Shown here: positions 55,480 through 64,000 of the stretch, one piece after another
Layout of the letters: each line of letters starts with the position of its first letter
How positions within the stretch are numbered: position 1 is the stretch's first letter
Assembly: GCA_965203325.1 (NCBI GenBank)
Contig: OZ241875.1
Coordinates: 1,642,609-1,706,608, forward strand
DNA length: 64,000 nucleotides
Source: a bacterium
GTDB lineage: Bacteria > UBA8248
Reading direction: 5' to 3'
The notes under the pieces: model-generated
Seen by the model: the letters and a program-made list of their open reading frames with translations, nothing else
Told to the model about the DNA's origin: nothing
Databases searched by the model: none
Made by a program: the position numbers and the translations under genes

Positions 55480-56397
55480 TCAGGCGCCTTCCGTCATCTT
55501 TTCCTTCACCTGCTCGCGAAAGTCGTACCCCGTATCCTCCACGAACGCCTCGATCAGGCGCTTCGTGACCGGCCCCGGAACCGGCGCGCTCGGCTGGAAA
55601 CTGTCGATCTCGCGCACGGGCATGGCGCATATCGCGCTCGAGGTGATGAAATACTCCTCCGCCTGCGCGAGGTCGTAGGTCGTCATGTCCCTTTCCTCGA
55701 CGGCGATCCCCAGGCGCGCGGCCAGTTCGAACACCGCGATGCGGGTCACCCCCTGCAGGATGTTCCTCTCATGCGGCGTCCAGAGCGCGCCGTCTTTCAC
55801 CATGAAGAAATTGGCGACCGAGTTCTCCGCCACGTTCCCGCGAATGTCCAGCATCAGGGACAGGGAACCCGATGCGGCGGCGTCCAGTTCCGCCAGGATC
55901 TGGTTCATCTTGCTCGTCACCTTGGCTCTCGTCTCGATGCACTCGGGCGGATTGCGCCTCGTGGGCGTTATCGCGAGGCGCACGCCGTTCAGATACCGCT
56001 CCGCGAAAGACGCGACGTTCACGGGCCGCCAGAATATGAACACCGAAGCCGGCCCCGCCGCGCCCGCCGCCATCGAGGGGTCGTCATATCCGCGCGTCAC
56101 CCAGTGGCCGACGCGGTACATGGCGCCCGCCTCCAGGCGGCACAGATTCGACTCCAAGGTGGCCAGCGTCGCCTGCTTCATATCCGCCTGACTTAATCCT
56201 AAATCGATGCGGACATACTTGAGCGAGCGGTAGAGGCGGTCGATATGGTCATCGAGCCGGTAGAGCTTTCCATCGAAACAGGGCGTGACCTCGTACACCC
56301 CGTCGCCCCAGAGAAAGCCGCGATCGAAGGGCGATATCCTGGCGCTTTTCTCTTCCATGATCTCACCGTTGAGATAGACGAATCGCTCACCGGGCAT
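55480..56397 (-). CDS. Class IV aminotransferase (IlvE/Dat/PabC family)
   Basis: DRGFLWGDGVYE, HIDRL, AENSVANFF, LQGVTR, EEYFITSS. Confidence 0.9.
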   Translation of the reverse strand: MPGERFVYLNGEIMEEKSARISPFDRGFLWGDGVYEVTPCFDGKLYRLDDHIDRLYRSLKYVRIDLGLSQADMKQATLATLESNLCRLEAGAMYRVGHWVTRGYDDPSMAAGAAGPASVFIFWRPVNVASFAERYLNGVRLAITPTRRNPPECIETRAKVTSKMNQILAELDAAASGSLSLMLDIRGNVAENSVANFFMVKDGALWTPHERNILQGVTRIAVFELAARLGIAVEERDMTTYDLAQAEEYFITSSAICAMPVREIDSFQPSAPVPGPVTKRLIEAFVEDTGYDFREQVKEKMTEGA

Positions 56398-56589
56398 CGG
56401 ACGCTCCTCCCATGCGCATCAACAAAGAAAGGCCGGCCCGGAAACAGGGCACAGCCGCATAGTGAATGAAACATCATCTTTCTCAGACGCATCTTATAAA
56501 AGAAAAGCCCAAAGGGCAAAATCGTTCCGGGAAATTCTGCGGCCCGTCTTGAAAGGCAACCCCCCTCTCGCATCGGGCGCTGTCGACCC

Positions 56590-56842
56590 GTAGGGACAGG
56601 CCCCCGTGCCTGTCCATCGTGATGATGTCCGCCTCGACACGGGCGACCACGGGGGGTCGCCCCTACGAAACCCCAAACCCTGCCCCCACCATTCCGACAT
56701 ACGCCAGAATGACGAACGATGGCCACGCACGTCCGTAGGGACAGGTCGCGACCTGTCCCTACAAAGTCGATGCGAAAAACAAGAAGCACTCCCCACATGA
56801 GTGTAGGTCGGACATATATGTCCGCCACCCCTGTGGTCGCCC
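56590..56842. repeat. REP cluster including a perfect 28-bp palindrome
   Basis: REPIN 56590-56666; GTAGGGACAGGTCGCGACCTGTCCCTAC 56735-56762; GTAGGTCGGACATATATGTCCG near 56803. Confidence 0.85.
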
Positions 56843-56849
56843 ATAAAAT

Positions 56850-57167
56850 CTAACGAACCGCACGGACTTCGAGCCTGAGCCCCTCGCTTTCCTGGAGCCG
56901 GGCGATGACGTCAAAGAGGTTGCGGGCCTGGGGATTGCCATCGGGCCCGAACATGCGCATGAGGCTCTTGGGTGATTTCCCTGTGAGTGCGCCCAGGGTC
57001 TCGAAGCCGACCGTCGCGTTGATGAAATCGCGCAGGGCCGCCTTGCCGACCTCCACCTCGCCCGAGAGGAGGCATTCGACGCCTTCTTTCAATAAATCCT
57101 CCCGGAAGGCCGGATCGCGCTGAACCCTTGCCTGAATCGTTTCCCTGAAATCCCGCGTGAGTGGCAT
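56850..57167 (-). CDS. Addiction-module antitoxin (HTH transcriptional regulator)
   Basis: MPLTRDFRET...DPAFR...KSLMRMFGPDGNP; directly downstream of the toxin. Confidence 0.85.
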   Translation of the reverse strand: MPLTRDFRETIQARVQRDPAFREDLLKEGVECLLSGEVEVGKAALRDFINATVGFETLGALTGKSPKSLMRMFGPDGNPQARNLFDVIARLQESEGLRLEVRAVR

Positions 57168-57169
57168 GG

Positions 57170-57499
57170 TTAGTTCTCCTCGTGTATGCGGTATCTGTAT
57201 TCCCGCCAAAGACTGCGGGCCAATTCGATGTCGACTTGCTGGCGGCTTTTGGTTCCTCCTCCCAGGAGAATGATGAGGGTATCCCCATCTTTTCCGAAAT
57301 AGATCCGGTAGCCGGGGCCGAAGTTGATTCTGTATTCGAACACGCCGCCGCCTACGCCCTTGGTGTTCGAGAGATTTCCCTGCGCCATCCGAACAGTCGC
57401 CATTGCGACCTTGGCTGCAGCCTGGGCATTCAGCCGATTGAACCATCTCGCGTATGGGCTGCGGCCAACGGTGTCGATGTACTCTCTTACCTCGATCAT
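57170..57499 (-). CDS. RelE/ParE-superfamily addiction-module toxin
   Basis: GNLSNTKGVGGGVFEYRINFGPGYRIYF...LLGGGTKSRQ..DI. Confidence 0.9.
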   Translation of the reverse strand: MIEVREYIDTVGRSPYARWFNRLNAQAAAKVAMATVRMAQGNLSNTKGVGGGVFEYRINFGPGYRIYFGKDGDTLIILLGGGTKSRQQVDIELARSLWREYRYRIHEEN

Positions 57500-57505
57500 T
57501 CAATA

Positions 57506-57534
57506 AAGGTAACTTAAATGTTACTATTTGTCAA
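57506..57534 (-). promoter_or_regulatory. TA promoter TTGACA-N17-TACCTT with overlapping operator GTAAC-N6-GTTAC
   Basis: -35 at 57534-57529, -10 at 57511-57506, palindrome 57509-57524. Confidence 0.65.
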
Positions 57535-57793
57535 CTCATCTTATCGAGATGACCCACTGTCGTCATGCCGGCGGGGTACCACCTGAATTGTAGAGGACGG
57601 TTCCGTGTTTTGCCGATAAAAGGCAGGGCCGCATATATGCGGCCCCTACAATCAATTCCACCCGGTGAGGGAGGGACGGAGCCTTCCCCAACACCCCCTT
57701 GTCACGCGTCCTGTTCTCGGATTAAATACGGTGGCGACTGCAATCGACGAAAAGACTCACAAAAAAACCCTTTTGAAGCGGAAGGAGGCGGCG

Positions 57794-58672
57794 ATGCGAT
57801 TCGGGCGCGGGGTATGCCCCAAGGCGGTGAAGCTGGCCGTTTTGTTTATCGGGATTGGATTTGTTTTTGCTTCGAATTCCTTTGGAACTGTGGAGCTGAT
57901 TAAATGTAGTAGCAGCTACACGTTGGATAAATATAAACAGACAAAGAAAAAAATAAACGAAAAACTTTTTTATGTATACAACTTAGGCATTATTTCCTTA
58001 TGTCTTGGAAAAGAAGCGGAAGGCATGGCTCATCTCCAAAGAGCCTCTGATTCAGGTCATATTGCCGCCACGCATCTGTTGGGTCTTTATTTCATGGCGA
58101 ACCGGTCTTTTAACAGGGCGGAAAGAGGTCGCATTGGTAATCCGGAAGACTATAATTCGGCTGTTCACTATTATGAAAAAGCGGCGCGGATGATAGAGGA
58201 AACGGTTAACTACCCTGTAGGTGATCCAACGGGTATGGAGGAACTTGAGTATAATGTTTATACTAGCTATTACGTGTTCGCCACCATTCCCGAGCTTTAT
58301 TTCAATGGATATAACAAGGCTTTAGAGGATATCGTGAACAGCCGGGAGAGGCTGTCCTATGTCGATACGCTCGACGTTTTGGGGAAAATGCGGCGTTCCG
58401 CCGAACGCTGTGTGCAAAGACCCTCTCTTGCCGGTTGGTATGACAAAAAAGAGACGCTTTACCAGGTTCAGCAGGTGCGGTGCCGGGCCTATCTGGATTA
58501 CGCCCGCTCGGTCTCGCCTTTGGAGGAGCGAAGAATCAAGGCGACTCAAAGTTGTACAGGACCTCTAAGCGGGTGTTCGAGCCATCGGGAAATTTTGAAT
58601 CAGATCAATCGAATCAAATCCATGATGGATGGAGCGATACACTCGATTCCTGCGAAGTACCTGGAAAGATAG
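57794..58672 (+). CDS. Secreted Sel1-like-repeat, Cys-containing protein (AT-rich gene)
   Basis: SD aaggagg; signal peptide; YNLG...LQRASDSGHIAATHLLG...AVHYYEKAA. Confidence 0.7.
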   Translation: MRFGRGVCPKAVKLAVLFIGIGFVFASNSFGTVELIKCSSSYTLDKYKQTKKKINEKLFYVYNLGIISLCLGKEAEGMAHLQRASDSGHIAATHLLGLYFMANRSFNRAERGRIGNPEDYNSAVHYYEKAARMIEETVNYPVGDPTGMEELEYNVYTSYYVFATIPELYFNGYNKALEDIVNSRERLSYVDTLDVLGKMRRSAERCVQRPSLAGWYDKKETLYQVQQVRCRAYLDYARSVSPLEERRIKATQSCTGPLSGCSSHREILNQINRIKSMMDGAIHSIPAKYLER

Positions 58673-58747
58673 AATGTTTTCGGCGATTACCGGATAAGCC
58701 GGGAACGCCGGAAAAGAACCCCTGCCTGAAAGACGGGCGGACACGCC

Positions 58748-59221
58748 GTCAGACATATATGTCTGACCCCTACGATCCGAAAACCGCAAACCCTGCCCCC
58801 GTCATTCCGGCCTTGAGCCGGAATCCATTTTATGATTTTTGCTTTCGTTTTCGCATTTGATTCCGACTCGCGGGAGGAAGCGGCGCGCCCGAATCAGGGA
58901 CGGATGAGGTGGATATATATGGCGGCGTCCGCTTCTTCCCGGCCGGGAGAGAGGACGTCCGGGCGAAAGGCCAAAGGCAAAGGCGAAAATGGATTCCGGC
59001 TTTCGCCGGAATGACGAACGAAACCCCACCGCCTCACCCTGAGTAGCGGCGAAGCCGCGTATCGAAGGGCCTGCATGATACGCCCTTTTTGACCTTCCCA
59101 TCCTTCGATACGGCGCTGACGCGCCTACTCAGGATGAGGGGTGTTGGGGAACTTCACCGCTACACAGGACGAGGGAGATAAAACAAAGCCCCCTGACGAG
59201 GGAGACTTTTCCAACAACCCC
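58748..59221. repeat. Composite repeat cluster: REP variant, dRS3-like doublet (58801-59015), CCTCAYCCTGAG-type doublet (59032-59139), IS-end-like shell (59138-59221)
   Basis: Inverted repeats read directly, e.g. CCTCACCCTGAGTAG...GTATCGAAGG / CCTTCGATAC...CTACTCAGGATGAGG. Confidence 0.8.
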
Positions 59222-59238
59222 GAACAGGCTGAACCCGC

Positions 59239-60831
59239 TCAATCCTTCTTGCCCCAGCCGCCGCCGCCGGGCGTTTCCAGGCGTATCCTGTCCCCGCGCT
59301 TCGCCGAGAGACGCGCCTTGCCGGGAAATTCCCGTGTTTCATCCGCCTTGATGAGCGAATTCCTGCCCTTCATGCCGGGTTCGCCGCCATTGAGCGGCCA
59401 GGGAGGCTTCTGGCGCCGCTCCGTCATGAACGAGACGGTGGCGTCGCCCAGGAGTTCGATCTCCCGGATGATGCCGTCACCGCCGCGATGCTTCCCCCCG
59501 CCGCCGCTGCCCCGGCGGACGGTGTAGCGGCTCACGCGGAACGGATAGGCGTGCTCCAAAGCTTCTATCGGGGTGTTCAGGGTGTTGGTGAGGTGGGTGT
59601 GGATGGCGTCTTCCCCGTCGCCCCAGGGGCCGCCGCCCATGCCGCCGCCCGTGGTCTCATAGTAGGCGTAGGGGCGGCCCTGCCTGGGGCCTGCGCGGTG
59701 GTCCAGCCCCCCCACCGTCAAGTTGTTCATCGTGCCGCACGAGGCGGCGGGTATCTTGCCGGGACAGGCCTTGGCGAGGGCGCCGAGTATCACGTCCACC
59801 ATTCTCTGGCTCGTCTCCACGTTCCCGCCCGCGACGGCGGCAGGGAACTCGGCATTCACCACGGTTCCAGGGGGCGCCACCACCTCGATGGGGTCCATGC
59901 AGCCCGAGTTGTTCGGTATGTCGTAGGGCACCAGACAGCGCAGGGCGTAATAGGCCGCCGTGCGCGCGATGGACTCCACCGCGTTCACGCTGCCCTGCGT
60001 CTGCGGAGCGGAGCCGGTGTAATCGACGCGCATCTTCGAGCCGCGCACCGTGATCTCCACCCGTATCGGAACAGGGCCGCTGCCGAAGCCGTCGTCGTCC
60101 ATATAATCCTCGAAGCGGTAGCGCCCGTCGGGAATGTCGCGTATCACGGCCTTGGTCAGCCGCTCGGAGTATCTCTGCAGCTCGGCCGTGTAGCGCAGCG
60201 TCTCAGCGAGGCCGTGACGCTCGATGATCTCCAATATCCGCCGCTCCCCCACGCGGTTCGCCGCGATCTGCGCCGCGATGTCTCCCCTGCGCTCCTCGGC
60301 CGTACGCACGTTCGCGAGGATGAGCGCGAACACGTCTTCCTGCATCTCTCCTTCGCGCACGAGCTTCACCGGCGGAATCACCACGCCGTCCTGGAATATC
60401 TCCGTCGTGATGCTCATCGAGCCGGGCGCGATGCCGCCCACGTCCGCATGATGCGCCCGGTTGGCGACGTAGTAGATGAGTTTTTCCCGCCCCCGTTCCG
60501 TGCCGTATACGGGCGAGATCATCGTGATGTCGGGCAGGTGGTTCCCCCCGTGGAAGGGGTCGTTCAGCACGACCACGTCGCCCGGCTCCAGCGTCATGCG
60601 CTCGATGACGTACTCCACCGACATCGGCATGGAGCCTAGGTGGGCGGGCAGATGCGCCGCCTGCGCCGCCATCCGGCCCGCCGCGTCGAAGACGGCGCAC
60701 GAATAATCCTTGCGCTCCTTGATGTTCGGGGAGAACGAGGAGCGGCAAAGCGCCACGCCCATCTCTTCCGAGGCCGCGAACAACAGGTTGCGGAAAACCT
60801 CCAGGAGTATCGGATCGTACCTGTTCGCCAT
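59239..60831 (-). CDS. Hydantoinase B / 5-oxoprolinase family subunit
   Basis: SPNIKERKDYSC, HLGSM, NDPFHGGNHLPD, HHADVGG, ETPGGGGWG. Confidence 0.92.
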   Translation of the reverse strand: MANRYDPILLEVFRNLLFAASEEMGVALCRSSFSPNIKERKDYSCAVFDAAGRMAAQAAHLPAHLGSMPMSVEYVIERMTLEPGDVVVLNDPFHGGNHLPDITMISPVYGTERGREKLIYYVANRAHHADVGGIAPGSMSITTEIFQDGVVIPPVKLVREGEMQEDVFALILANVRTAEERRGDIAAQIAANRVGERRILEIIERHGLAETLRYTAELQRYSERLTKAVIRDIPDGRYRFEDYMDDDGFGSGPVPIRVEITVRGSKMRVDYTGSAPQTQGSVNAVESIARTAAYYALRCLVPYDIPNNSGCMDPIEVVAPPGTVVNAEFPAAVAGGNVETSQRMVDVILGALAKACPGKIPAASCGTMNNLTVGGLDHRAGPRQGRPYAYYETTGGGMGGGPWGDGEDAIHTHLTNTLNTPIEALEHAYPFRVSRYTVRRGSGGGGKHRGGDGIIREIELLGDATVSFMTERRQKPPWPLNGGEPGMKGRNSLIKADETREFPGKARLSAKRGDRIRLETPGGGGWGKKD

Positions 60832-60840
60832 CGCGTCCTC

Positions 60841-62856
60841 TCAGCCCGAGTTTTTCAAGACGAGATTGCCCCACTCGTCCACCCGGCATTCCCAGCCCGG
60901 GGGGACGACCGTCGTGGCGCTGAACTCGCACACCAGCGCCGGGCCTTTGAAGCGGTTCCCGCGAGAAAACTTGTCCCGCGCATAGGCGGAACCCTCGACT
61001 TGTTTTCCTTCGAACACCATTTTCCGACTCCCCATGAGCGCACCGGAAACATCCTTGCGAGATTTCGGAAGCCGCCTCGCGGGCGGACGCTCCACTTCGC
61101 CTGTGCCCCGGACCCTCAGCGTCACGACCTCGATGGCACTCTCGGGGCTTGCGGTGCCGAAGCGCTCATCGTGCAACGCATCGAACGCGGCCCGGAGGCT
61201 CTTGCGGAGGTCCACGCCCGTCTCGGGCCGGTAGGGAAGCGTCAATTCATACGACTGCCCGAGATAGCGCATGTCGATGAAAAGCGAAAAGGCAGGCTTC
61301 GCGAATCCCTCGAACTTGAGATCCTCGCGCCCTTTTTGCAGCAGAGGCGAAAAATGACTGGCGAGCGTTTTCTTGTTCAAGCCCTGGAGCGGCAGCAATA
61401 CCGTCCGGGCGTAGTCCTTCACCACGTCGGCCGTCAGCATGCCGCGTGCGGAGAGAATTCCCGGGTCATTCGGGACGACGACGCCCGGAATCCCCAGAAT
61501 CTCCGCCAGGGAGCAGGCGTGCATCGCACCCGCGCCGCCGAAGGAGATGAGGGCGAATTTGCGCGGGTCGTGGCCCCGCTCCACGCTGATCAGGCGGATC
61601 GCGCGCGCCATGTGCTGGTTGGCGACGCGGACCACGCCCTCGGCCGCCTGCCGGTCGTCGAGCCCCAGGGACTTCGCCAGACGCGCGACCCCGGCTTTCA
61701 CCGGCGCCATGTCGAGCGCCATCCGGCCGCCCAGGAATTGTTCGGGATCGAGGCGGCCCAGGAACAGGTTCGCGTCCGTGACGGTGACCTGATCCCCCTT
61801 GCCGTAGCATATCGGCCCCGGATCGGCGCCCGCGCTCTGCGGGCCGACGGCCAGTGCGCCCCCCGGATCCACCCGTGCGATGGAGCCGCCGCCCGCGCCC
61901 ACCGTATGGATGTCGATGAGGGGAACCCGGATCGGGCAGCCGGCCACCTCGGTCTCCGCCGTGAAGCCGACCCCGCCGTGCAGCAGGGAGACGTCCGTAC
62001 TCGTGCCGCCCATGTCGAACGCGATCGCGTTATCGAACCCCGCCCGTTTCGCCACCTCATAGGCGCCCACGACGCCGCCGGCGGGGCCGGAAAGAATCGT
62101 CCGGATGGCCTCCTCGCCCGCCATGGAGCTTGAGATGACGCCGCCGTTGCTCTGCATGACCCGCAAGCGGCCCGAATCGAGCCGCGATTCCAAATCCTTC
62201 AAGTACCGATTCATCATGGGCGATACATAGGCGTTCACGCACGTGGTGCTCATCCGCTCGTACTCCCGGAACTCGGGCAGCACCTGGCTGGACATCGACA
62301 CGTGAATGCCGCTCCGCCGGACCGCGTCCGCCACCTTCTGCTCATGAGCGGGGTTCGCGTAAGCGTGCAGCAGGCAGATGGCGACGGACTCGACGCCCGC
62401 TTCTTTAAGTTTTCCTCTCAGCGCTCTCAAGTCCGATGCCTTCAGGCGCAGGAGTTCGCCGCCTTTTTCATCGAGGCGCTCCGCCACGCCCAATCTCAAG
62501 TCTCTCGGCACGAGCGCCGGCGGCTTGCGGTACGCGAGGTTGTAGAGTTCTTTGCGGTTCTGGCGGCCGATCTCGATCAGGTCCTCGAAACCGGCCGTCG
62601 TGACGAGGGCGGTCCTGGCGCCCCGGCGGGTGAGGAGGGCGTTCGTCGCCACGGTGGAGCCGTGGGTGATGTCCAGGGCGAGGCCGCGGCCATCCAGTAT
62701 CTCATCCAGCCCCTGCAGGATGGCGCGCTCGGGCGCATCGGGCGTGGAGGGCACCTTGTGGACGCGCACGCGGGCGCCGTCGAACGAGATGAAATCCGTA
62801 AAGGTTCCGCCCGTGTCGACGCCGATCCGGAGCGTCTTTCTCGCGCGCCCCGGCAT
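60841..62856 (-). CDS. Hydantoinase A / 5-oxoprolinase family ATP-binding subunit
   Basis: DTGGTFTD, HGSTVATN, SGPAGG, DMGGTSTD, GAGGGS, FGGAG. Confidence 0.93.
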   Translation of the reverse strand: MPGRARKTLRIGVDTGGTFTDFISFDGARVRVHKVPSTPDAPERAILQGLDEILDGRGLALDITHGSTVATNALLTRRGARTALVTTAGFEDLIEIGRQNRKELYNLAYRKPPALVPRDLRLGVAERLDEKGGELLRLKASDLRALRGKLKEAGVESVAICLLHAYANPAHEQKVADAVRRSGIHVSMSSQVLPEFREYERMSTTCVNAYVSPMMNRYLKDLESRLDSGRLRVMQSNGGVISSSMAGEEAIRTILSGPAGGVVGAYEVAKRAGFDNAIAFDMGGTSTDVSLLHGGVGFTAETEVAGCPIRVPLIDIHTVGAGGGSIARVDPGGALAVGPQSAGADPGPICYGKGDQVTVTDANLFLGRLDPEQFLGGRMALDMAPVKAGVARLAKSLGLDDRQAAEGVVRVANQHMARAIRLISVERGHDPRKFALISFGGAGAMHACSLAEILGIPGVVVPNDPGILSARGMLTADVVKDYARTVLLPLQGLNKKTLASHFSPLLQKGREDLKFEGFAKPAFSLFIDMRYLGQSYELTLPYRPETGVDLRKSLRAAFDALHDERFGTASPESAIEVVTLRVRGTGEVERPPARRLPKSRKDVSGALMGSRKMVFEGKQVEGSAYARDKFSRGNRFKGPALVCEFSATTVVPPGWECRVDEWGNLVLKNSG

Positions 62857-63860
62857 CACCGCCTCCTGTTCGGCCAGGCTTCTGGGTTCAGCAGATCGGG
62901 GGGACGCCCCCCGCGCAGGTAGGCCTTCACGTTTCTCTCCACACGCTCCGAGACCGCGTCCCGGCCCAGATCAGTATTCGTCCCCAGGTGCGGCATCATG
63001 ACGACGTTCTTCATCCTGAGAAGCCCCGGGTGCGGCCTGGGTTCATCCTCGAACACGTCCAGCCCAGCACCGCCTAAGCGGCCCGAGCGGAGCGCGGCGA
63101 CAAGGGCCTTCTCGTCCAGAATGGGGCCGCGGGCGGTGTTGATGACCACGGCCCCCTCTTTCATCCGGGCGAACTCCTCAGCACCCAGAAGATGGCGGGT
63201 CTCATCGTTCAGGGCCAGGTGCACGCTCAGGAAATCGGATTCGCGCAAAAGCCCCCCGAAAGCGCGGTAGGAGACGCCCGTCTCCTGCTCCATTTCGCGG
63301 CTTTTCCTGTTCCGGCTCCAGTAGCGGACCTTCATGCCGAACGCGTTCGCCATGCGCGCCACGGCGCAGCCGATGCGCCCGAGACCCACGATACCGAGCA
63401 CCCGGCCGTTCAGGCCCCGGCCCTCGAGCAGTGTGGGCGTCCAGCCCTTCCACCGCCCGGTTCTGATATACGAATCCGCCTCCGCCACGCGCCTGCTCAC
63501 CGCGAGCAGGAGCGCCATGGCGCATTCCGCCGTGGGTTCCGTGACGACGCCGGGCGTGTTCGTGGCCAGGATTCCCCGCCTGGTGATCTCCCCCAAATCG
63601 AGATTGTTGAAGCCGACCCCGCAGTTGGCGATTAGCTTGAGGCGGGGCGCGGCATCCAGGAACCCGGCGTCTATCTCGTCTCCCACCATCGAGATGAGGA
63701 CGTCCGCACCGCGCACGGCGCGTCTGTAGCCGGCGGGAGACGGCTTCACGTCTCTCCCGTGCATGATGAATTCGGTGGAGCGTTTCAGGTCCTCGAAATG
63801 ATGCGGCGGGAATCTTCGGGAGAGGAATACGCGCGGGAGCGCCTTGCCGTTCATCTTCAC
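62856..63860 (-). CDS. D-2-hydroxyacid dehydrogenase (glyoxylate/hydroxypyruvate reductase-like)
   Basis: GVGFNN, TNTPGV, GLGRIG, NTARG, LDVFEDEP, PHLG. Confidence 0.92.
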   Translation of the reverse strand: MKMNGKALPRVFLSRRFPPHHFEDLKRSTEFIMHGRDVKPSPAGYRRAVRGADVLISMVGDEIDAGFLDAAPRLKLIANCGVGFNNLDLGEITRRGILATNTPGVVTEPTAECAMALLLAVSRRVAEADSYIRTGRWKGWTPTLLEGRGLNGRVLGIVGLGRIGCAVARMANAFGMKVRYWSRNRKSREMEQETGVSYRAFGGLLRESDFLSVHLALNDETRHLLGAEEFARMKEGAVVINTARGPILDEKALVAALRSGRLGGAGLDVFEDEPRPHPGLLRMKNVVMMPHLGTNTDLGRDAVSERVERNVKAYLRGGRPPDLLNPEAWPNRRR

Positions 63861-64000
63861 AACCGCTTCACGGCGTCCGCGATGCGGTCCACGGCCCGCT
63901 CCAGATTCTCCACGCTGTTGGCGAAGCACATCCTGAGGTGATTATCCGCATGGACGCCGAACGCGGAGCCTGGCAGCGTCGCCACGCCGACCTCGTCGAG
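63857..64000 (-). CDS. C-terminus of a class I/II PLP aminotransferase (gene continues past the window)
   Basis: Manual translation: LDEVGVATLPGSAFGVHADNHLRMCFANSVENLERAVDRIADAVKRL*. Confidence 0.8.
   Translation of the reverse strand, partial: LDEVGVATLPGSAFGVHADNHLRMCFANSVENLERAVDRIADAVKRL

Noticed and set aside
56850-58700. Integron cassette array (TA plus foreign gene)
   Set aside because: No intI and no convincing attC (RYYYAAC...GTTRRRY) structure; the genes are divergent

Overview
Bacterial chromosomal window, mostly GC-rich, with a visibly more AT-rich block at about 30.6-47.7 kb. It holds central-metabolism and housekeeping genes (gltB end, gltD, metF, sod, peroxiredoxin, fumC, acnA, rlmN, nth, tlyA-dxs-ispA-xseB-xseA-folD, cysE-iscS-iscU, greA) and two tRNAs (Thr-CGT, Lys-TTT). 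It also holds an acyl-CoA catabolic cluster (four MaoC hot-dog proteins, an NDP-forming acyl-CoA ligase, an SDR, a Zn-ADH), a fused ferredoxin-molybdopterin oxidoreductase with a putative cytochrome b partner, a hydantoinase/oxoprolinase pair and a toxin-antitoxin module. Signals the ORF track does not show: (1) ORFs 10535..10960 and 10997..11398 are one gene, an AhpD/CMD-family selenoprotein (C-D-Y-U-L-G-H) with a GGUC-loop SECIS hairpin after the UGA; (2) two REP-associated tyrosine transposases (RAYT) carry their own REP palindromes in frame inside the coding sequence and end on the TAG of a REP GTAG; (3) several nested palindrome families (GTAG REPs, dRS3-like doublets, IS-end-like miniature shells) pack the intergenic regions, often next to foreign-looking genes; (4) a SelA-like PLP enzyme apparently starts at AUU; (5) an 11-residue-repeat coiled-coil gene sits behind a consensus promoter with 11-bp repeats. 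All calls are by eye from motifs; no searches or computations were run.
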